This document shows, piece by piece, positions 21,275 to 29,126 of a DNA stretch of 64,000 bases; position 1 is the stretch's first letter, and each line of letters opens with the position of its first letter. Source of the DNA: an uncultured Acidobacteriota bacterium (GTDB lineage: Bacteria; Acidobacteriota; Thermoanaerobaculia; UBA5066; Gp7-AA6). Below the pieces are notes generated by a model. That model made no database searches, had not been told where the DNA came from, and saw only the letters and a list, made by a program, of their open reading frames with translations. The stretch is from the NCBI GenBank assembly GCA_963811425.1, contig CAWERV010000009.1:115698-179697 (forward strand), written 5' to 3'. Made by a program: the position numbers and the translations under genes.

Positions 21275-22294
21275 ATGAAACGCATCGGCATTCTCTACGG
21301 CCAGGAACGTTCCTTTCCGCAAGCGCTCGTCGAGCGCATCAACCGCTCCGGCGCCGATGTCATCGCCGAGCCCTTCCGGACCGGCGGCATCTCGCTCGAC
21401 AGCCCGAGGCGCTACGACCTGATCCTCGACCGGATCAGCCAGGACATTCCCTTCTACCGTGCCATCCTGAAGAAGGCGGTCGCCGACGGCACGATCGTCG
21501 TCAACAACCCCTTCTGGTGGACGGCCGACGACAAGTTCTTCAACAACGTCGTCGCGCGCCAGGTCGGCGTGGCCGTTCCGAAGACGGTCATCCTCCCCTC
21601 CAACGAGCATCCGCCGGACACGACCTCGGAGTCCATGTCGAACCTCGTGTTCCCGCTCGAGTGGGACGAGATGTTCCACTACATCGGATTTCCCGCGTAC
21701 TTCAAGCCGTACTCGGGCGGCGGATGGAAGAGCGTCTACCGGGTGACCAACCCGGACGAGTTCTTCGCGGCCTACAAGGACTCCGGCCAGAACGTGATGA
21801 CGCTGCAGGAAGAGATCGTCTTCGACGAGTACTACCGCTGCTACTCGATCGGCCGCAAGTACGTCCACATCATGCGCTACGACCCGCGGCAGCCCCACGC
21901 CAACCGGTACGTCCAGAACGCGCCGCCCATTCCTCCCGCGATGTACGAACGCGTCCACGCGGACTGCCTGAAGCTGATGAATGCCCTCGGCTACGACTTC
22001 TGCACGCTGGAATTCGCGGTCCGGGACGGGATCCCCTACGCCATCGACTTCCTGAACCCGGCGCCGGATGCGGCCGTCGAGTCCGTGGGCCAGGAGAACT
22101 TCAACTGGGTCGTCGAGCACTCCACGAAGTGGCTGATCGAGCGGGTCGCGCAGGACGCGGAGCCGCTGACGAATTACCACTGGGCCACTTACCTCGCCGG
22201 CGGCGAAGGGCCGGCCAAACGCCCGACCGGCCGCACGAAGAAGGCCGCCGCACCGCGGGCGCAGTCGGCGCCCCGTCCGCGCAGCGAGGCCTGA
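21275..22294 (+). CDS. ATP-grasp amidoligase (RimK/glutathione-synthase-like, uncharacterised family)
   Basis: VVNNPFWWTADDKF, YFKPYSGGGWKSVY, LQEEI, EFAVRDGIPYAIDFLNPAPD. Confidence 0.8.
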   Translation: MKRIGILYGQERSFPQALVERINRSGADVIAEPFRTGGISLDSPRRYDLILDRISQDIPFYRAILKKAVADGTIVVNNPFWWTADDKFFNNVVARQVGVAVPKTVILPSNEHPPDTTSESMSNLVFPLEWDEMFHYIGFPAYFKPYSGGGWKSVYRVTNPDEFFAAYKDSGQNVMTLQEEIVFDEYYRCYSIGRKYVHIMRYDPRQPHANRYVQNAPPIPPAMYERVHADCLKLMNALGYDFCTLEFAVRDGIPYAIDFLNPAPDAAVESVGQENFNWVVEHSTKWLIERVAQDAEPLTNYHWATYLAGGEGPAKRPTGRTKKAAAPRAQSAPRPRSEA

Positions 22295-22301
22295 GATCGG
22301 G

Positions 22302-23441
22302 ATGGAGCGGCCCGCCTTCACGCTCGGCGTCGAGGAGGAGTTCCAGATCACCGATCCGGAGACGCGGGAGCTGCGCTCCCACGTCCAGGAGATCCTCGAC
22401 GAGGGCAAACTGGTCCTGAAGGAACGGGTCAAGCCCGAGATGCACCAGTCGGTCATCGAGATCGGCACGGGCATCTGCAAGAACATCCAGGAAGTCCGAC
22501 AGGACGTCGGCGAGCTGCGCACGGAGATCATCCGGGTCGCGAAAAAGAACGGCATGCGCGTCGCCTCGGCCGGCACGCATCCGTTCTCGAACTGGGCCGA
22601 CCAGAAGATCTTCCCCGATCCGCGCTACGACTCGGTCGTCCAGGAGATGCAGCAGCTCGCGCGCGCCAACCTGATCTTCGGCCTCCACGTGCACGTCGGC
22701 ATCTCGGACCGCGCGCTGGCGTTCCAGATCATGAACGAGTCGCTCTACTTTCTGCCGCACATGCTCGCGCTCTCGACGAACTCGCCGTTCTGGCTGGGGC
22801 GCAACACGGGATTGAAGAGCTTCCGCACCAAGGTCTTCGACCGCTTCCCGCGCACGGGCATGCCGGAGCACTTCGAGACGCCGGCCGAGTTCGACGAGTT
22901 CGTCCGGATCCTCGTCCGCACCAACTGCATCGACAACGGGAAGAAGATCTGGTGGGACGTGCGTCCCCACCCCTTCTTCGAGACGATCGAGTTCCGCGTC
23001 TGCGACGTGCCCATGCGCCTCGACGAGACCGTCACCCTGGCCGCCCTCTTCCAGGCGATCTGCGTCAAGCTCTACAAGCTGCGGCTCCAGAACCTGGGGT
23101 TCCGGCGGTACCGGCGCGCCTTGATCCTCGAGAACAAGTGGCGCGCGAGCCGCTACGGCATCGACGGCAAGCTGATCGATTTCGGCAAGGAGATCGAGGT
23201 GCCGTTTCGCAGCCTCATCGCCGAGATGCTCGAGTTCGTCGACGACGTCGTCGACGAATTGGGTTCCCGCAAGGAGGTCGAGGCGGTAAACTGGATCCTC
23301 GAAAACGGGACGGGCGCCGACCGCCAGCTCAAGGTCTACGAGACCTCCGGCGGCGACCTGAAGAAGGTCGTGGACTACATCTGCGAGGAGACCCGGCACG
23401 GCTTGCCGACCGAAACGCCGCTCACCCGCACGGCCTCCTAG
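22302..23441 (+). CDS. ybdK: GCS2/YbdK-family carboxylate-amine ligase
   Basis: FTLGVEEEFQI, EMHQSVIEIGT, SAGTHPF, FGLHVHVGI, ALSTNSPFW, WWDVRPHP, TIEFRVCD. Confidence 0.92.
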   Translation: MERPAFTLGVEEEFQITDPETRELRSHVQEILDEGKLVLKERVKPEMHQSVIEIGTGICKNIQEVRQDVGELRTEIIRVAKKNGMRVASAGTHPFSNWADQKIFPDPRYDSVVQEMQQLARANLIFGLHVHVGISDRALAFQIMNESLYFLPHMLALSTNSPFWLGRNTGLKSFRTKVFDRFPRTGMPEHFETPAEFDEFVRILVRTNCIDNGKKIWWDVRPHPFFETIEFRVCDVPMRLDETVTLAALFQAICVKLYKLRLQNLGFRRYRRALILENKWRASRYGIDGKLIDFGKEIEVPFRSLIAEMLEFVDDVVDELGSRKEVEAVNWILENGTGADRQLKVYETSGGDLKKVVDYICEETRHGLPTETPLTRTAS

Positions 23442-23492
23442 GGGCGCCGGCGACACGGGCGTGAACCGAAGGAGCGCACCCTGACCCACTAC

Positions 23493-24506
23493 TTGAGAGA
23501 GTTGCAGACCACCTACGCGGAGGACCTCGTCCCCGGCGCCCGCAATGCCATCCGCACCTGCCTGCGCGTCAAGCCGTCCGAGCGCGTGGCGATCGTGACC
23601 GACAACGAGACCGAGGAGATCGGCGCCAGCCTGGCCGACCAGGTGCGCGAGGTCGGAGCCGCGATCGAGGTCCACGTCATGGAGGACTACGGGCCGCGCC
23701 CGATGCTGACGCTGCCGCCCCAGATCGAGGCCGCGCTCGAGCGCGCCGACGTCTCGATCTACGCGGGCCAGCCCAAGCAGGGAGAGCTCGCCTTCCGCCG
23801 CGCCCTGACCGGCATCATCGACCGGCGCCAGATCCGGCACGCGCACATGGTTTCCATCTCGCACCGCATCATGGTCGAGGCCATGCGGGCGAATTTCGAC
23901 GACGTGGACGCGATCTCGACCCGCCTGCTCGAGCGCGCGCTCAAGGCGAAGAAGATCCTCGCCACCTCGCCCGGCGGGTCCCGCGTCGAGGCGACCTTCG
24001 ACCCGGCCATCAAGTGGCTGAAGACCTCCGGGATCATCTCGACGTCCAAATGGGGCAACCTTCCGGGCGGCGAGGTCTTGACCGCTCCTGCCCGCGTGGA
24101 CGGCGTCTACGTGGCCGACGGCGTCGTCGGGGACTACCTCTGCGCCCGCTACGGCGACCTGAAGGACAACCCGCTCACGGTGACGATCGAGAACAGCCGC
24201 ATCATGGACGTCCAGTGCAAGCGGCAGGACCTCGTCGTGGACTTCCTCGCCTACACCGCCACCGACGAGAACTCCAACCGCGTCGGCGAGTTCGCCATGG
24301 GCACCAACATCGCCCTGCACGACGTCATCGGCAACATCCTCCAGGACGAAAAGATCCCGACGCTGCACGTCGCCTTCGGCCACCCGTACTCCGAGCACAC
24401 CGGCGCTCCGTGGCGGAGCACGACGCACATCGACATCGTCGGCCGCAGCTTCGACATCTGGTTCGACGGCGACCAGGTGATGGCGCGCGGGAAGTACCTC
24501 ATCTGA
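23493..24506 (+). CDS. M29 (thermophilic metalloprotease / AmpS-like) aminopeptidase
   Basis: GNLPGGEV, DGVYVADG, VGEFAMGTN, ILQDEK, HVAFGHP, HIDIV; TTG start. Confidence 0.8.
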   Translation: MRELQTTYAEDLVPGARNAIRTCLRVKPSERVAIVTDNETEEIGASLADQVREVGAAIEVHVMEDYGPRPMLTLPPQIEAALERADVSIYAGQPKQGELAFRRALTGIIDRRQIRHAHMVSISHRIMVEAMRANFDDVDAISTRLLERALKAKKILATSPGGSRVEATFDPAIKWLKTSGIISTSKWGNLPGGEVLTAPARVDGVYVADGVVGDYLCARYGDLKDNPLTVTIENSRIMDVQCKRQDLVVDFLAYTATDENSNRVGEFAMGTNIALHDVIGNILQDEKIPTLHVAFGHPYSEHTGAPWRSTTHIDIVGRSFDIWFDGDQVMARGKYLI

Positions 24507-24572
24507 CCTTTTGGCGGAACACGCCGCCGAAAGGTCGTTCCGAGGAGCAGGGCGAAGAGGGATGACCGCTGC

Positions 24573-25764
24573 ATGATCCCGGACCTCCGCCGCGCCTATA
24601 ACGCCGCCTTCTCCGACGAGAGATACCGCTCCTACAAGCGCCGCCTCGCACAGCGCGGTGGGGTGGAGATCCCCTTTCACCTCGCCGAGACGCCATTCTT
24701 CCTTCCGCCCGAACTGCGCGACGCGATGGTCGCGGCTTCGCTCGACATCTTCCAGCAGCTCTCGACGCCCGAGGCGCTCCACCGGTCGCTCTCCGCCGTG
24801 CCCGCGCGAGCTCGACGTGCCCGGCTGCGACGAGCTGCCGGTCTTCGCCGTCACCGACTTCGCCGTCACGAAGGATTCCAGCGGAAAGCCCGTGCCGAAG
24901 CTGATCGAGCTGCAGGCCTTCCCGACGCTGTACGCCTTCCAGCTCGCGCAGTGCGAGGAGCTCGCGCGGCTGTGCCCCGAGGGCGATCGGCTCGACTGGT
25001 ACCTCTCCGGCCTCGACGCCGCGGGCTACAAGCGCGTCGTCGGCGAGGCGATCCTCTCGGGCCTCGACCCGGAGGAGGTCGTCCTGCTCGACCTCGACCC
25101 GCTGCACCAGAAGACGGCCATCGACTTCGCGTTCACGGAGCAGCTCTGGGGCGTGAAGGCCGTCGATCCGTCGGAAATCGAGAAGCGCGGGCGAGAGCTC
25201 TGGTACCGCCGGAATGGCAAACAGCTGCGCATCCGGCGCATCTACAACCGCCTCATATTCGACGAGCTCGAGGCCACCGGCGCGAAACTCCCATTCGACC
25301 TGACTTCCCGCATCGACGTCTCGTGGGCGGGACACCCCAACTGGTACTTCCGCTGGAGCAAGCACTGTCTGCCGGAGTTGAAGCACCCGGCCGTGCCGGA
25401 GTCGTTCTTCCTCTCCGACTTGCCTGAGGTGCCGAAGGACCTCGAGAACTGGGTCCTGAAACCGCTCTTCTCGTTCGCCGGCTCCGGGGTCAAGGTCGAG
25501 GTCACGCCCGAGGACGTCGCGGCCGTCCCGCCGGACCAGCGCGCCCACACGCTGCTCATGCGCAAGATCGAGTACGCACCCGCGATCGCAACGACCGACG
25601 GCAACTTCTCGAAGGTCGAGGTGCGCGTCATGTTCGTCTGGAAAGACGGCAAGCCCCTGCCCGTCATCACGCTCGCCCGCCTGTCGCAGGGCAAGATGAT
25701 GGGCGTCAACTACAACAAGGACAAGACGTGGGTCGGATCCTCCGGGTGCCTCTGGCCGGCGTAG
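24573..25764 (+). CDS. Second putative amidoligase (glutathionylspermidine-synthase / circularly permuted ATP-grasp-like), frameshift near 24803
   Basis: MIPDLRRAYNAAFS N-terminus joins the frame with PKLIELQAFPTLY, RIYNRLIFDEL, HPNWYFRWSK, WVLKPLFSFAGSGV, EVRVMF. The fold assignment is inference. Confidence 0.65.
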
Positions 25765-25806
25765 ATACGTTCTCGGCTCCGGAGGGGCAATCCTGCGCCG
25801 CCCGCC

Positions 25807-26520
25807 TCAGGGCACGTAGCTCCGAATCTGCTGCTTCCACCACGGCCAGTCGTGGCCGTACGGCGCGTCCCAGACGCTGCCGCGGTTGCGGATCCCCTTC
25901 TCGTTCAGGATCCGCAGCATGTCGGTCGTGCCCGAGAGAATGTTGTCGGTCTGGCCCGTCACGATGCAGTGGTCCATCGTGTTGAGCTTACCGACCCACT
26001 CGTCGGTCATGTTCGGAACGTTCGCCGTCGGGCAGTGGAAGTAGCAGAGCTCGTCCCAGTAGCCGTCGAGAAAGTTGTGGATGTCGTACTTGCCGGAGAA
26101 CGCGACGACCTTGTCGATCACGTCCGGGTGCCGCAAGCCGAAGTTTGCCGCGTGGTACGCGCCGAAGGAGGCGCCCAGCGTCGCGATCCGCGCACCGGTC
26201 CCGCCCTTCGCGCGTACGAACGGGACGACCTCGTGGTAGACGTACTGGTCGTACTGGTCGTGCCGGCGGATCCGCTCGGCCGGGTGGCGGTGCTTCGCGT
26301 AGAAGCTCTCCTCGTCCACGCTGTCGACACAGGCGATCTGGATGGCGCCCGACTCGATCAGGTCGCCCACAGCCCCGATCAATCCGAAATCCTCGTTCTG
26401 GTAGTAGCGCCCGACCGAGGTCGGGAACCAGATCATCGGCCGGCCCGCGTGGCCGAACCACAGCATTTCCATCCGGCGCCCCAGGATCGGCGAGTCCCAG
26501 GCGAGGTGTTCGCGGTTCAT
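25807..26520 (-). CDS. Esterase-family alpha/beta hydrolase
   Basis: SPILGRRM, FPTSVG, GASFG nucleophile elbow, FSGKYD, GHDWPWW; converges on the ligase cluster. Confidence 0.88.
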   Translation of the reverse strand: MNREHLAWDSPILGRRMEMLWFGHAGRPMIWFPTSVGRYYQNEDFGLIGAVGDLIESGAIQIACVDSVDEESFYAKHRHPAERIRRHDQYDQYVYHEVVPFVRAKGGTGARIATLGASFGAYHAANFGLRHPDVIDKVVAFSGKYDIHNFLDGYWDELCYFHCPTANVPNMTDEWVGKLNTMDHCIVTGQTDNILSGTTDMLRILNEKGIRNRGSVWDAPYGHDWPWWKQQIRSYVP

Positions 26521-26595
26521 CGAAAGTCCTTTCGGCCAGTCTGATTTTCGGGCCGGATGATCGCACGATCCGACCTTCGGGGCTAGACTGCCGCC

Positions 26596-27099
26596 ATGAA
26601 GATACTCGCTCGCCTTGCGACCCTCGCGGGCCTCGCCACGGCGCTCAGAGCCCCCCTACCGGCCCAGACCACGCCGACCCCCGGCGCCGACCATCATGCC
26701 GCCGTGAACGAGCGCGGCGACCACGTCATGGGCTTCGACCACGACAAGACGACCCACCATTTCCGCCTCACGAAGTCCGGCGGCGTGATCGAGGTCTCCG
26801 CCAACGACCCCAAGGACACGGCCAGCCGTGACGCCATCCGCCAGCACCTGGGTCACATCGTGAAGATGTTTTCCGAAGGCGACTTCAACGCCCCCATGCT
26901 CATCCATGGCCAGGTCCCGCCGGGAGTCCCGGAGATGAAGCAGAAGATCAAACTCATCCAGTGGAAAGCCGTGGACACGAAGGCGGGCGGAAGCATCGTG
27001 ATCACGACTAAAGACGCCGGGGCCGTCGCCGCGATCCACGAGTTCCTGCGGTTTCAAATCGAAGACCACCAGACCGGCGACCCAAAGAAGGTGTCGTAG
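26596..27099 (+). CDS. Secreted His-rich hypothetical protein
   Basis: Signal peptide; DHHAAVNERGDHVMGFDHDKTTHHFRL; typical codon usage. Confidence 0.75.
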   Translation: MKILARLATLAGLATALRAPLPAQTTPTPGADHHAAVNERGDHVMGFDHDKTTHHFRLTKSGGVIEVSANDPKDTASRDAIRQHLGHIVKMFSEGDFNAPMLIHGQVPPGVPEMKQKIKLIQWKAVDTKAGGSIVITTKDAGAVAAIHEFLRFQIEDHQTGDPKKVS

Positions 27100-27150
27100 G
27101 GCCGGGCCGCTCTGCCCGCATCGGCAACACCTTCACCATCGCAGGCGGCG
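27090..27150. repeat. GTAG-type REP-like element, family C copy 2
   Basis: GGTGTCGTAGGGCCGGGCCGCTCTGCCCGC...GCAACACC, homologous to 17594-17670; supplies the stop codon of the upstream gene. Confidence 0.5.
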
Positions 27151-27182
27151 GTATGGCCGCCCGGTGCGATAATCGCCGCCAA

Positions 27183-27257
27183 CGGGGCGTAGCGCAGCGG
27201 TAGCGTACCTGCTTTGGGAGCAGGTGGTCGCCGGTTCGATCCCGGCCGCCCCGACCA
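27183..27257 (+). tRNA. tRNA-Pro(TGG)
   Basis: Acceptor CGGGGCG/CGCCCCG + A + CCA, anticodon arm CCTGC-TTTGGGA-GCAGG, T arm GCCGG-TTCGATC-CCGGC, C1:G72/A73 Pro identity; GATAAT -10-like box upstream. Confidence 0.93.
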
Positions 27258-27284
27258 TGGCTTGAGCGACTTCGCGACGGCCGG

Positions 27285-27988
27285 TCAGCTCGTGTAGCTC
27301 TGGATGCTCCGAACGAGGCGATCCGCCTCTTCGGGGCCGAGCAGCTGATCGGTGCCCGGATAGAGCACGTGCTCTTCCTTGAGGTTGTGATCGCCGAGAA
27401 CCGCGTGGAAGCTCCGGCGCAGACTTTCCACGGGCGCGGCTGCGTTGCCGATTTCGCCTGCGATCTGGTCGAGCAGCTCGCGGATCTCCCGGTGCTCGGC
27501 CCGCATCACGGCCGTCGGTCCGGCCGAAGGCGGCATGCCGCTCGCCACCTCGAACGCGGGAAAGAGGAGTTCCTCCTCGAACCCGATGTGGCGCCGCAGA
27601 CCGACGGCGAACTCGGCATAGAGGTTGAACGCCTCCTGGAGCGCGCCCGCCGCGCGGGCGCGAAACGCCGCCTCCTCGAGCGCGTCGAGCCGGTCGTGGT
27701 CCCACGACAACGCTTCCATCACTCCTCGCGGCCCTCCGGCGGGGGTCCGCGCCGCGCGATTTCCACGCGGAAGACCGACGGCCCGGCCTCGAGCGGCGAC
27801 CATTCGAAGAGCCCTCGACGCTCGGCCCGGAGTCGGCACAACAAGTCGTGGCCGGTGTCCCCGGAGACGAGAACGAAGTGCTCCCCCGGGGACAGGGAGT
27901 CGAACCGCGAAAGTACCTGGGCAGCTCGCGCCTCGGAAGCCAGCGGGCGCATGTCGAGGACACGTTCGGCGGTCACAAGATGAGCCAT
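27285..27988 (-). CDS. DUF2249 + hemerythrin (HHE) fusion protein, frameshift near 27730-27750
   Basis: N-part VLDMRPL...FDSLSPGEHFVLV...FEWSPLEAGP..FRVEI (DUF2249-like); C-part DHDRLD, HIGFEEELLFP, EHREI, HNLKEEHVLYP. It could instead be two genes with a TGATG overlap. Confidence 0.75.
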
Positions 27989-28124
27989 GAGCCCTCCATC
28001 TCGAGACGGCCATCGGGCCGCCCGAGGACCCACGATCTCAGTCCGAAAGACCCGCGCGTATGACCCCGGTCATCCGGGCACCCACATCGTCCCGTTTCCT
28101 GCCAGGTCGACTGCCCCGGACCCC

Positions 28125-28883
28125 TCAGCGCAGCGTGGCGAGGAGCTCCACGAGAATCAGCACCACGATCGCGACCTCCAGCAGAAACATCCGCCGGTCC
28201 CGGGCCACGTCGAGCACGAGCTCGAGCGCCTCCTGAACACTCCGCAGCTTCGACTCCATCGCCTCGTATCGGTCCGCCAGGTCGAACTGCGACCGGAGTT
28301 CCGCGTAGAGGCGATCCATCACCGGGTCGTCCCAGATCTCGTCGGGCTTATCGAGCAGGTGGAGCACGCCGAGGACCTCGGTCCGCGTGACGATGGCTTC
28401 GCCGATGAACCGGTGATGGGGCGCCATCCGCATCGGCACCGTTCCCCGGGCCTCGAGCTGGCCGACGAGAAGGTGCGTCCTCGCGGACAGGCGCTCCACG
28501 ATGCCCTCGTAGTATTCCATCGCGGCGCTCTGCGCGACCGTCAGCGCGACGATGCGCGCCCTCTCCGGCGTGAGTCGGTCGATGTGCAGCGCGCCCTCCG
28601 ATAGACTCTGCGGGCCGCCCGTCTCGACGACCGAGAACTCCTCCCGGACAACCTCGGTCGTCAGCCCCGGATGCGCCTGGCGCAGCCTCGCGAGCTCGCG
28701 CTCCTCGCCCTCCGAGGACACGTCCTGGAACACGGCGGCCCCAAAAGGATAGAGCGAGAGCTCCCCGCCAGCCTCGAGCCCCAGGTGAAGCTCTCTCGGG
28801 GTCACGTGAGCGTTGGGAAACGCCGGCGCGAGCGCCTTGAGATTGAAGTTCTCGACGAAAGCGACCGCGCGAAAAACGTGCAT
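28125..28883 (-). CDS. RMD1/DUF155 family protein
   Basis: LYPFGAAVF, ALTVAQSAAMEYYE, LDKPDEIWD, LRSQFDLADR, C-terminal LEVAIVVLILVEL TM. Confidence 0.85.
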   Translation of the reverse strand: MHVFRAVAFVENFNLKALAPAFPNAHVTPRELHLGLEAGGELSLYPFGAAVFQDVSSEGEERELARLRQAHPGLTTEVVREEFSVVETGGPQSLSEGALHIDRLTPERARIVALTVAQSAAMEYYEGIVERLSARTHLLVGQLEARGTVPMRMAPHHRFIGEAIVTRTEVLGVLHLLDKPDEIWDDPVMDRLYAELRSQFDLADRYEAMESKLRSVQEALELVLDVARDRRMFLLEVAIVVLILVELLATLR

Positions 28884-29126
28884 GCGGCCCGAGTGTGTAC
28901 CTCGTCGCGTCTGGAGCGTGCGATACAGACGCATCAACTCCCGGGATAGTGCGCGCCGAATGACGCGCCGCCGGCCCTCTGTGCACGCAGCAGCGCACGC
29001 GCCCGCAAGTCCTGGAGCTTTCCCGGGGCGCTCGCGGCGGCATTCGCCTTCGAGCCCTGCCTCTGATGCAGTCTCCTCTCGACACCCGGGCGGGTCACGG
29101 CTAGGTTGGCTTGAGGAGGAGTTGCA

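Noticed and set aside
29100-29119. Possible DtxR/IdeR box (CTAGGTTGGCTT) before the P-type ATPase
   Set aside because: Only a half-site resemblance to TTAGGTTAGCCTAACCTAA; the other half is the RBS.
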